Origin: Carcharhinus longimanus
Lineage: Eukaryota
Assembly: GCA_030264375.1 (NCBI GenBank)
Contig: JASCQW010000119.1
Coordinates: 47,720,636-47,783,222 of the forward strand
Direction of reading: 5' to 3'
Length of the DNA stretch: 62,587 nucleotides
Below are positions 12,410 through 23,880 of this stretch, one piece after another. Each line of letters opens with the position of its first letter. Positions within the stretch are counted from its first letter, which is position 1. A program made the position numbers and the translations under genes. Under the pieces are notes generated by a model. That model searched no databases. It was not told the DNA's origin and worked only from the letters and a program-made list of their open reading frames with translations.

Positions 12410-14264
12410 GTAAGCACCAGTTAAGCCAAAAATATGCTGATAAATACAATTTTGTATTTATGTAACATGTCAAAATACAAGAGTAAATTTCTGTTTAGAA
12501 CATTATGGTAATTTGTAATTCTTCGCACTGCTCGGAATGCTTTGGTAGCAGATGATTATGATTGTCCTTCTAGCAACTGCTGCTGCACAATAGTGATTTG
12601 TGATTCTGCTTCCTTAAATCATCGCATTCTTGGTGCAATTTAATGCATTCCATTATCATGCCAGCTTATTGTACTGACTGACACCCTTACAAAAGCAAAT
12701 ACTCCCCTATTCGAGGAAAAATGCTTCAACAGCATTTCAGTGTACATAGTGTGTGTGTATTGGATGCATTCAATTCATTCATATGGGCTTGAAGTAAACA
12801 TTAGATTTATTGATCCTGGATTATATAGTGTTGCATGTTTTCAAGCACTGGAAATTAAAAAAATTCACTGAGCAGTTGGGCACAAGAGTTACTTTATTTT
12901 AAATTTAACCCTAAAAGTGGAGGCCCTTTTTATGTCATGTTATTTGTTTATAAAGGTGAGATTAATTGAATTTATGGTATGAAATAAATATTAGATATTT
13001 GAAGTTTATAGTCACTATTTCGTAAATCAAGGGCATTGTAAAAATATTAATCTGTAGATATGATGAATGAAGCTTGCACATTTCAAATTTATTCTTTCTG
13101 GGGCAAAAACAGGCAGATGTGGAATCCATTTAGGTCAAACCACTGAGAACAGTTAAACAATTTCTTGTATGTTGCAAGAGGATTTCCTAGTCCTCATTGA
13201 AAGCACGTTGCTTTTAATCACCCAGCATCCACTTCCTCCTGAATGGTAACTCAAATAAAGGAAATAAGGTTTTGATTTCCACAGATCTTGTTGAATAATC
13301 AGTGCATTCTCCCAGTTTAGTGCTGCTTTGAAGCCAAAATCACTTCAACCCAATACTCAACTTGCATAGACTAACTCTGAAATAGATGATGCTCTCTCCT
13401 TTTAAGAGTCTTGCTTCATTTTGCCCTGGAGTCAGGATGGTGCTCCCTGATAATTTGGGGCCATATATGCAATGACGTGAAATTGATTCATACTGAAATA
13501 TCCAATTGTAATAGAAACACTCCCCAAAAAATAAACATGCAATCTTAGTATTTTAGATTTACAACTAATGTGACAAATAACTTGTATGATGGATTTAAGA
13601 CAGGTTAGATAACAGTTTAAAATGACAATTGACTTATTGGTCAAATTTGTGCAGTGTTCCATGCTCTCTTTACTTACAAACTTGATGAACAGCCCACTTA
13701 CAATGTTTGATCTGTTTTGTCTGTGTGTTCAGTGGACTAAACAATAAGCTGCGTAAAATGCTGGTTGCTTTACTGATTTGCTGGGTCTGTAGTTCATTTA
13801 TTCTTTTCCATCAATTTCTCATCATATCAAGAAAAAAATGTATTTTTATTCATGATGGGCAACCGTACTAATGCTCATGGCTTATGTAATACTGTTTTGT
13901 GTTTACTATTTAGCTTTTCTTTCAATGCACTGCCATCAGTTAGTGGGGATGCTACTTGCGTAAATAAATAGTCCCATTAATTTCTCCAGTCTAAAAGTTG
14001 ACAAATAGCCTGGACCTAATGGACTTCAAGAGTTTTAAGAGGTAGCTTTAAGAGGATAGTGGATCCCTTGGTTTTGATTGTACAGCATTCCATCTATCGT
14101 AGATCAATGGACAAGAACATATTGAGAGTGGCTGCTTAGTTGTTGATTATATGCAAAGTACAGGTTGAGCTTTGGAAATTAAAGGGATTATGTGGATGAG
14201 ATGGAAAGATGAGGTTGAGGTAGAGTAATGTTTGTGCCAGACAATGACCATTTCCGTCAAGACA

Positions 14265-14531
14265 TGGTGGTTAGCACTGCATCATGGAGCTGGATTTGAT
14301 TCCAGCCTGGGTGACTGTCTGTATGGAATTTACATGTTATTACCGTGTCTATGTGGGTTTACTCAAGTTGCTTTGGTTTCCTTTCTCCAGTCTTAAAGAT
14401 GTGCAGGTTGGGTAGATTAGCATGGTAAATGTGCAGGGGAAATGCATGGAGTGGGCCTGGGTAAAATGTTCCTTCAGAGAGTTGGTGAAGACGCGATGGG
14501 CTGAATGGCCTCCTACATTGTAGGGATTCTA
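14265..14531 (+). mobile_element. HE1 SINE with HER1-type tail, inserted in a LINE
   Basis: GTGGTTAGCACTGC head, V-domain, tail GATGGGCTGAATGGCCTCCT...GTAGGGATTCTA. Confidence 0.85.
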
Positions 14532-15029
14532 CGAGAAGACACGATCTAATGATTCTGACATTCAAGATCTTTATCATTGTTGAATCCCTCACAATCCACA
14601 TCCTGGGGGTTACAAATAACCAGAAACTGAACTGATCTAGCCATATAGACATATGGCTGAGAGTAGGTCAAAGGTAGAATTCTGTGGTGAGTCTCTCCCC
14701 TGCTGACTCCCAAAAGCATGTCCACAATGTACAAGATGCAAGTCAGGAGCAGCATGGAATACTCTCCACTTGCCTGTATGTGTGCTGCTCCAACAACACT
14801 CAGAGCTTGATGCCATCCAGGACTGAGCAGCCAGTTTGGTTGACACTCCCTTCACAAACATTCACTTGCTCCACTAATGACGATAGCATCAGTCTGTACC
14901 ATCTATATGATACACTACAGGAACTCAAGACCTTCGACTTTCCAGTCCACGACTACTGCCATCTGGAAGGACAAGGGATGTAGATACCACCTGAAAACTT
15001 CCTTCCAAGCTATTCACCATCCTGACTTG

Positions 15030-15736
15030 TGTTAGAGTACCAGATTAGGGACCCCAAAGTATGTTGTGAAGCTCAACTAGGCCCCAATAATTTTTCTATG
15101 TTTGATGTGTGAGAGTATAAATTGTACTTCATTCCAGATCTGATTTCTATTGACATACTTGACAACTTTTATCAAAACAAACTTTAGTAATACAATTAGC
15201 TTAATTTTAGAAATATTTAAACATGACCAGAGACAATTGTTAATGCTAACCTGTCTCAATTAGTTCTAATTCAAGCAATATTCCTTTATAGATTTTAAAC
15301 TCCTCTTCAAAATGAATTAGTAACACACAGGCTTACATGCTTGTACTTGGGCTGCTAGTCCAGGAGCTTCCAGAACACCCCTGTGGAGAGAGAGAAATCT
15401 ATTTTATCTAGCAGGCCCGAGACAGAGACACTGATGCTGCTTTCAGAACCTGGCAGAAATTGCCTGCTTTTCCCTGTAAGATTAGCTCCTCCCTTTAAAC
15501 ACATGATATTGTCAATCAACCTAAACAAAACCCTACTCTGAAATCCCAGGTGAAAAAAAAAATGAGCAGAAGTGCATTAACTCAGATTAAAACAAACACA
15601 TCCCTAACTGAAATTGATCATGAGCTTCCTGTTTTGCAGACAAATCGGTACTGTGTAAAACAAGAGCTCAATTCGAACGTATTCGTCACAAGAAACATGA
15701 TATAAATACATTTCTTAAAGGCACAGTATCATCTCA
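15030..15736. mobile_element. Candidate solo LTR (707 bp)
   Basis: TG...CA termini, flanked by CTTG/CCTG (4-bp TSD with one mismatch). It splits the host LINE cleanly, and a related sequence begins at 54727. Confidence 0.65.
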
Positions 15737-18351
15737 CCTGGAATATATTGCCATTTCTTCACTGTCACTGGAATAAAAAGCTGGAACTCCTTTCCTAATA
15801 GCACTGAGTGTACCTACGCTGCATGGCCTGCAGTAGTTCAAATAGGCAGTTCACTGCCATCTTCTCGAGGCAAATTGGGGATGGGTAATAAATGCTGGCC
15901 TAGCTTGCAAAACTCACATCCCTTGAGTGAATAAAAAGTGATTAGCTAATACAGTATGATTTGGTTGAATGATTCAAAGCCTGAATGTCCTGCTATTATT
16001 TGTTGCATTTTTAATGTTTTGTGTGCCTTTTGGTATTCTATGTTTTCCCTTTTTTCTTTTGCTTCAGAAAAGTGTTGGGTTACTAATCCGTTGTCTTTAT
16101 CTTCAAATTCACAACTATTGGTGAACCCATCAAATGCATGGAAGTTGCTGCTATTGTGCATTCCTGTCAGTTATTTTCACGTTACCGTAGTTCTTTGCAT
16201 GAATTTTAAACTTTTTATTTCTATATCCGTAAAAGAATACTGTTTTACATTAGCTGTGTTGACTTAGTGTAAAATACTCTGAAACAGATAAGACAGGGAA
16301 CATATTAATTTGAGACTTCCCTTCAAAAGGAAGGGCTCATCAAAACCAACCCTTTTCACTGTTGTTAATACATCTTACTTCTGTATCACTTTCACCTCTA
16401 TACAGCACCATGACATGCTCACGATTAGAGGCGCTACATAAATGCGAGTTGTTGGTAGTGCAAGAATTTGGGAAATCCTGTAATTTTTTTGTGTGGAAGC
16501 CTTTATTGTAATACGTTCTGCAAGAAAGGATTTTTGTTCTGATTGTGGGCCAGACCCACATGTTTGGCATCAGTAACTTTGTTTCAAGTGGGCAACGTTT
16601 GATATTTAAGACACTTGCTCAGAGAATAAAACAGCAAGATTTCATGGCTTTTAGACAAACAAAAATAAGTGTTACTAAATCTTAACACAGATTTATCTTA
16701 ATGTTGAGCATGGAGGCATAGTTCCCTTAAATTTGAACATCCTGCACATACCCCAGTTGTGCATGTGCAGTTCAGCAGATGTGCGTCTTTAAGTTCTTGG
16801 GGCCAGTGACTGGCCCAATGCATTTGTGCATAAGAGAGACAATGTGAAAACCCAGTGACCGGCTGTGGAATGCCATTGCCCGAAGTGCCCCAGGCAGTGG
16901 GCAAGGGCCACAGGATAGGGAGAGCTCCCAAAAGGATGTCCCAGATAAGGGCCTGAAACAGGACTGAAAACAGATGCCATTTAATTTAGAGGAAGAGTGG
17001 GGAGCAGAGAACAAAGGCTTCATGTGGGGAAAGGGCAGGCTTTTAAATGAAGTAGGTTTGAGAGAAGCTCTGAAGATCCAGGAAAGCAGCCAAATGTTGG
17101 TGAATCAGTGCTGCTGGGACAAAGGTAGTCCTTTGGAGCAGTAATGTTCTGTTTGTCAGAGCTGCAGAGATGAAGTTGTGCTAGACTTGGTATTCAAGTT
17201 TAAACTCAGGAATCTAGGGGAACGAAATGCTGGGAGATGAGATTGAAACCCTGTGTGGGACATCATTGAAGTTGCCTGAATTGGGGTGACATTTTGTGAA
17301 TTCCAAGATTTGATCTTCAAATGTGAAGAATTGAATCCTTCATTTGATAAATGATAGACTCAGTGTTAATGATGTTGGAAGGGTTGTTGAGAAATTCATG
17401 GATTCTGTTTTTGGCCACATCTGCTATTGTGAGATGTGGTGTGTTTGACCATAGTTGGCTTGATAATTTAACATGCTCCTCATACTTACCCTGTATGTTA
17501 GAGTAAAGGGTAGATATTCTAAATAGTTTTATCATTCTGACCTTGTATTGTAAATCTGAGGGGAATCTTGAAGTTTTCTTCTAATAGCAAGTGTCTTGAA
17601 TTTCAAACTTCGTCTACTCTAAACAAAACATATTGGTCCCTAAGCAGATCCTATGAACAACTTGGGGGATCTGGTCTAGGATTGTATAGCAGATCAAGAT
17701 AGATATTGTAAACTGATCTATCTTGTACTCTAACATTCAGCGTTAATATGAAGTGTGTGTGAATTAAGAGGCAAACTGTTGAACACGTGACATTGCTGAT
17801 AAGTGGCGAAATTGACCAAGACACATTCCACGGATTTCTCAACAACCCACCCAGATGTTAGTAATGCTGCGAGCCAACTAATCTCATTTAATCCCTCTTG
17901 CGCGATTCCAGTCTTCACCTTCAAAGATCATGCTACGCAATTCTGTCCAAAGTCACTTCAGCTTAAATGGTTTCAATTCCAGCCCACCTTGTAGCATTGC
18001 ACTTTTCTCACCTGAGACTCCATTCCCTTGGGTTCCAGAGTTTGCACTCCCAGAGCAATTCATGAGCATAACTTGACCTCTTTAGCTGTGGCGAGCAAAA
18101 TGCTACTATTCCAAAGATGTACCTTCATGTCAATGGCTCACAACACAGAATCACCAAACTCCTGTTGGTGCTTTCAGTCTTCTGAGTTTCTCTTGAGCCC
18201 TTGTAACCTGTAGCTGTTTTTCTGCTTTGGACTCTGTTTCCCAGATTCCCTAATGTTCTTCTTAAACTAGGATCTGCTCTTGTTCCCCACCTGGCACTTT
18301 CTTTGATTTGTGGCACTCCATTCCTGGTTGCACAACTGGGGTTTCTGCATT

Positions 18352-18445
18352 CATAGAGCAGATAGTATAGGCCCTTTGGCCCTTGATGTTGCGCCGACCT
18401 GTGAAACCAATCTAAAGCCCATCTAACCTACACTATTCCAATATC
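18352..18445 (-). mobile_element. CR1 3' end running into a gap
   Basis: Near-identical to 20550-20650. Confidence 0.75.
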
Positions 18446-18609
18446 NNNNNNNNNNNNNNNNNNNNNNNNNNNNNNNNNNNNNNNNNNNNNNNNNNNNNNN
18501 NNNNNNNNNNNNNNNNNNNNNNNNNNNNNNNNNNNNNNNNNNNNNACAGAGCTGTGATTGCAATGTAATTTATTACATTAAGGACGCCACATAAATAAAA
18601 GTTGTTGTT

Positions 18610-19085
18610 GTTGAGCTCTGGGCGCCTTTAAAGATTCAAATGAGAGAGTCGCCGGAAACACCCGAGTCCCCGCCGAGTGGCCACGAGCGGCCCCGAGTCT
18701 CCCTGAACGGTCACGAGTCCTCCCCGAGCGGCCCCGAACGGTCTCGAGTCCCCGCCGAGCGGTCCCGAGTCTCCCCGAATCACCCCGAGCGGCGCCGAGT
18801 CCCCCCGCGTCCCTGTCGCCGCCGCTGGGCCGGCCTCGCTCCGCTGGTTTGGAGCTTGGCGGGCTCCGAGCTCCGGGATGGAGGCTCACAGCCTGGAGAC
18901 GGAAGCGGAGATCCTCCACAAATCGCCGATGATCCACGGGAAGGAGCAGCTCCGGCTCGGCCACAAACCCCCCATCCTGCTGCCGGTGGTGAGTCTCCCG
19001 GCCCGGCTCCGCCGCTAGGCCCAGCGCCTCCGCCGGGTTTTCCTGCACAGCCCGCCCCAGGGTGAATCCTCCTCCCGGGCAGACC
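18610..19085 (+). promoter_or_regulatory. Intronic CpG island / candidate internal promoter
   Basis: Abrupt GC- and CpG-dense block in an otherwise AT-rich, CpG-poor intron. It has GGCGCC-TTTAAA-GATTCAAA at 18621-18640, short CCGAG repeats at 18647-18805, and contains a Kozak ATG and a strong donor. Confidence 0.7.
18878..18988 (+). CDS. Candidate first coding exon (37 codons, phase 0): MEAHSLETEAEILHKSPMIHGKEQLRLGHKPPILLPV
   Basis: GGG-ATG-G Kozak context, GTG|gtgagt donor, and 33 of 37 codons ending in G/C. I do not recognise the peptide. Confidence 0.6.
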
Positions 19086-20040
19086 GCTGGGCACTGAGGG
19101 CAGAGCTGCACCCTGATACCCGGGCACTGGGGTCACAGCTGCACCCTGATCCCGGGCACTGGGGGCAGAGCTGCACCCCGATTCCTCAGGCACTGGGGGC
19201 AGAGCGGCACCCCGATCCCCGGGTACTGGGGACAGAGCTGCACCCCGATCCCGGGCTGTGGGGGCAGAACTACACCCCGATCCCCAGGCACAGGGGGCAG
19301 AGCTGCACCCCGATCCCCAAGCACAGGGGACAGAGCTGCACCCTGATCCCGGGCTGTGGGGGTAGAGCTGCACCCCGATCCCCAGGCACAGGGGACAGAG
19401 CTGCACCCTGATCCCCAGGCGCTGGGGACAGAGTTGCATTCTGATTCCTTGGGCATTGGGGGCAGAGTGGCACCCCAATTCTTGGGCACTGAGGGTAGAG
19501 TGGCACTCCTATTCCTCAGGCACCAAGGGCAGAGCTACACCCCAATTCTTGGGCACCGAAGGCAGAGCTGCACCCCTGTTTCCAGGCTGTGGGGGCAGAG
19601 CTGCACCCCGATCTGGGGCACGGAGGTCAGAGCTGCACCCCGACACCTGGGCTCTGGGGTCAGAGTTACACTCTGATCCCTGGGCACTGGGGTCACAGCT
19701 GCACCCCGATCCCAGGCTCTGGGGGCAGAGCTGCACCCTGATTCCTCAGGCACTGAGGGCAGAGCTGCACCCTGATACCTGGGCTCTGGGGGCAGAGCTG
19801 CACCCTGATACCCAGGTACTGGGGGCAGAGCTGCACCCTGATACCCAGGTACTGGGGGCAGAGCTGCACCCTGATACCCGGGCACTGGGGGCAGAGCTGC
19901 ATCCTGATACCCGGGCACTGGGGGCAGAGCTGCACCCCAATTCCTTGGGCACTGGGGGCAGAGCTGCACCCTGATTCCCAGGCACTGGGGTCAGAGCTGC
20001 ACCCCGATACCCGGGGTGCTGGGGACTGCACTTTGATTCC
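19086..20040. repeat. GC-rich minisatellite, about 29 copies of a 32-33 bp unit (CTGGGGGCAGAGCTGCACCCTGATACCCGGGCA-like)
   Basis: Tandem units are directly visible and produce the 11-aa periodic ORFs (LGAELHPDTQV) in the track. Confidence 0.95.
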
Positions 20041-20226
20041 CACACACTAGGATCAGATTTACGCAGTACCAGTATTCCAAGTAAACTGAACAGGATGATT
20101 TAGCTGGGTTGAGGCAGGGAGATTTGTTGATGAATTGGTTTAGTATTCCTGTCAGAGTAACACTGCTAAGCCTGCTTCACGCTCATGGCTTCATCCGTGT
20201 CTTCCTCAATCAAATATTGATGTTAA

Positions 20227-20527
20227 AAAGTAAAATTTATTTATTAGTGTCACATGCTTACATTAACACTGCAGTGAAGTTACTGTGAAAATCCTCTAGT
20301 CGCCACACCGCTGGTGCCTGTTCGGGTACACTGAGGGAGAATTTAGCATGGCCAACGCACCTGACCAGCATGCCTTTGGACTGTGGGAGGAAACGGGAGC
20401 ACCCAGAGGAAACCCCGCAGACACGGAGAGAATGTGCAAACTCCACACAGACAGTGACCCAAGCCAGGAATTGAACCCAAGTCCCTGGTGCTACGAGGCA
20501 GCAGTACTAACCACTGTGCCACGTGCC
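20227..20527 (-). mobile_element. Full-length V-SINE (same tail type as the 1243 copy)
   Basis: Reverse complement reads GGCACGTGGCACAGTGGTTAGTACTGCTGCCTC...GGTTCAATTCC...CACAGTAACTTCACTGCAGTGTTAATGTAAG. Confidence 0.9.
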
Positions 20528-20549
20528 GAGGTTGCGGTTACATTGGAAA

Positions 20550-20750
20550 AGATAGAACATGATAGCGCAGCACAGGCCCTTCGGCCCTCGATGTTGCGCC
20601 GACCTGTGGAACCAATCTAAAGCCCATCTAACCTACACTATTCCAATATCATCCATATGTTTATCCAGTGACCATTTAAATGCCCTTAATGTTGGTGAAT
20701 CCACTATTGTTGCAGGCAGGGCATTCCATGCTCTTACTACTCTGAGTAAA
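20550..20750 (-). mobile_element. CR1 3' fragment
   Basis: CR1 tail plus the end of ORF2 (GCATTCCATGCTCTTACTACTCT, encoding RVVRAWN on the minus strand). Confidence 0.75.
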
Positions 20751-21439
20751 GAGAGTAATTTTTCTTCGTACAGACACATTGGGCCTGTCCACAGCCCAAG
20801 GAACTTTAAAACACTGGATTGTACATGTGCTTCCTAGTCTGTGTATGCACAAAAAGTCCCGAGGCCTCTTGGGACTTAGTTTCCATACCTAGTAGAAACA
20901 GATTCAGTTTGTATCTTGTAATGGTTTTGATTTTTTTTGTCTAGCACTTTGCAATTTGGTTAAAAATTAAAATGCAATTACTATAGCTTCTCTCTCACTC
21001 TGAAATTTTAGTGCAGCTTATTATACAAATACTTTGGGTTTTTAGAATAATTATACCAATTATTAGAGATAATTAGTATTTGGTTGTGTCAACATTTGTT
21101 TTCTAAATATTTAAATGAGAAAAATTGGTCACTATGTACATTTCAACCTTTCTACCATGTAAATTTGAAGCTTCATTAGGCTTTCCAAATAAATTCAACA
21201 TCAAATCTTTATTCTAGCCCTGCTTTAAAGTGCAAGAAAACACAATTTGGTGTGGTGTAGACATTTTTTTGAACATATATATTAAAGACAATCAACCCAT
21301 ATCTCACTATCACCTCTGTCATCGACTCTACTGTTGCTAAATTATCAGATTGCTTTTGAGATCTTAATATTGAGTGAACAGAAATTTCCTTCAATTAATT
21401 TCAAATCTTTGTTTTTGGTCCCTGCTTTCAACTCCATTC

Positions 21440-22070
21440 CGTAACTACTGATTTCATCCCTTTCCCTCCCAGTACCCTTAGATGAAACCAGTGTGTTTAC
21501 AATCTTTGTCACATTTGACTCCCAAGATGAGCTTCCAATGCTGTATTCACAATGTCACTAGGACTACCTATTTCCATCTCTGTAAATCTAACTTTGTTGA
21601 CTTAACTCAAACATTGTACTCTGTATTCTTGAGGTCACCCAAAATTCAGCTGTTTGTGTCTTAACTGTTCATGCCTTAATTTGCACAGTCCTGTTCATCT
21701 GTTGCCACTGTGCATGCTAACTTGCATTTGGTTTTTGATAAGGCAGCACCTTGATTGAAAAGTTAACATTCTTGTCTTCAAACTTCTTCACGGCCTCATC
21801 TCCAAGTTTCCCTCAAGTTTCGTTCAGCCTACAACACTCTAATTCTGGCCTCCAGAACAGTCACGATTTCATTGCACCGCCATTGGTAGTTGCAACTTCA
21901 GTTGCCTCAGCCCAACTGTCTCTACACTTCTCTGCCCCGCCGTCCTTCCTCCGTTAAGACAATCCATTGTCTGACCTAATATCGTATGTGGTTCAGTGTC
22001 ATACTTGTTTTAGAATACTTTATGGAGTGCTTTGGGATGTTTTATTATGTTAAAGGCATTATATAAATAA
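21440..22070 (+). mobile_element. Degenerate L2 LINE 3' fragment
   Basis: TTYFHL-like ORF2 remnant and L2-type tail GTGCTTTGGGATG...AAAGGCATTATATAAAT. Confidence 0.6.
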
Positions 22071-22499
22071 CAGCCCTATATCCCATGCAGGGTTGCTCAC
22101 TCAAAGCACCAAAATGGAAGAAGGGCCCAGTTGTTATAACTCAGGAAACCATAAGTAATTTATGAAGCTGTTGCTCTATTAAGTCAGATTTGGGGGGAAG
22201 TATACCAGGACAATTAAATATAAAGGCACAATTCTTGGATAAGGCCACATCAAGAATACTGTATCCAGTTTTGGGCCCCCTCATGCCAAAGGATGAGGCC
22301 CTGAAAAAGACTTGAAGGAAGGTGGGTTGATTTTGTTAGATTTGTTATTGCCCTTGACTTAGAACTTGGGAACCCTTAAATTTGAGAGAAAAATTGTAGG
22401 GGTAGTGGGGAAATCAGACAATGATATTTCAGGAAAGGTGTTACGTGATTGGCTTATGTGTATTGCTGCTTTTTTGCTTTCTCCAAAGTTAGGGATTGA

Positions 22500-23880
22500 G
22501 TCTAAGCAGCTGGGAGATTTAAAACATTAAATAAATAGAATTAAAGCATTCAGTTATCTTTCTTGTATGTAAAGACATCAACAGAAGGAAAGTGAGTGGC
22601 TTGAGGTTTTTTTTAATGTTTATTAGTAACAGTGAGGCTTATCGATAGTAGCAATGGTAGGGCTGCCTCAGCCTAGAGTGTGCATCCTATGCTGTGTGGG
22701 AATTCAAGGCCGCTTCCTGTGTCCTGTATAACCCCAGGGGCTCAACGTGTCATCAGCTCCAGTTTTGTGAGCTTGAGCAGCAGCTGGCATCACTGCAATG
22801 TATCTGTGAAGTTGAGAGCTTCATGATGGCATGTTTATAGATGTGTGGTCACCTTGCAGTTTGAGAGTATGCCGAGGCGGAATAGTTGATCACCAGGTAG
22901 TCGGGAAGAAACGGGCATGATTCCCAAGTGCATCTTTCTCTCCAACCATGGTGATGAAAGTAATGTTTAATCTGGGAATGGAGGCAGAATCAAATCCATG
23001 GCACCACAGTTGGCTCAGCTGTATGAGAGCATAAAGAAGACCAGAAGAGCAATGGAGATGATCATTAAGGGGATCAGTATAGTGAACGCTAGCAGTCATA
23101 ATTTGCATCGATATCAATTACATAGGCAGGAAGAGGGATGTAGTTCTGCAGTTAAAATTTAGGGAGGTAGGTAGGAAAGTAGCAGGTAGAAGCTCAAAAG
23201 TAGTAATCATTGGATAATTCTATTATCACTTGTTAATAAGTTAATAGGAGAGAAAGCAGATGACTGCAAGGCTGGAAAGATGGTGCAGGAGCAAGGAACA
23301 TTCTTTGTCACAATTAGGACCATCTGTGGGAGAAGGCGGGACCTGCACAGCTAGGCAGGTTGCTCATAAGCAGAGCCAGGACCAATTTCTCTGGGGTGAT
23401 TTCTACCAAGTTGGCAGTGTTGTGAGAACCAGGAGATAATGTCAAGATGCACAATACTGGGAAGGCAGATGGCACAAGAGTAGGAAATAGTAAATAATTA
23501 GGTGCAGCCAGAGTAAGAGAGAGAGTGATCTTGTCTAAATTTGGGCTACTGTGTATGTATGTGAATGTGTGGAGTGTAGCAAATAAGTTCCAGATACAGC
23601 TAGCTATGTGGAAGTATAATGATATGACTATAACGGAAGCCTAGCTCAAAGAATCACAGGAATATCTTTATTCCTTGGTATTAGGTACTGAAGAGAAATA
23701 AGCAAGGGAAGTTGGGGAGGATGGCAGTTTTGATTTAAGAAGAGAAAAAGAGGATGTCCCAGTGGGGTCAATGACAGAATCGATTTGATGAGAACTGAGG
23801 AACAAAAAAAGGTGCAATCGCGTTCCACGATGTAGCCTATAAGATGCCAACTGGTAGGAAAGATGTGGAGTAGGTTGATC
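22500..23880 (+). mobile_element. Degenerate CR1 5' half (ORF1 and endonuclease start)
   Basis: Cys-rich and GAGCTTGAGCAGCAGCTG coiled-coil ORF1 remnant, plus an endonuclease-like start near 23550-23650; heavily mutated. Confidence 0.55.

Larger units (their letters stand above)
14230..15935 (+). mobile_element. LINE 3' fragment interrupted by an HE1 SINE and a solo LTR
   Basis: Colinear with the 10335-10880 copy once 15030-15736 is removed. Confidence 0.7.

Noticed and set aside
16520-18350. Possible additional LTR-like segments and the GGGCCAGTGACTGGCCC palindrome near 16800
   Set aside because: I could not define termini, TSDs or a second copy.
19086-20040. Regular array resembling a CRISPR locus
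   Set aside because: The units are contiguous tandem copies with no unique spacers, there are no cas genes, and the DNA is vertebrate intron.
18578-20045. Many overlapping long ORFs on both strands
   Set aside because: They arise from GC-rich, stop-poor tandem repeats; only 18878-18988 has Kozak, donor and codon-position support.
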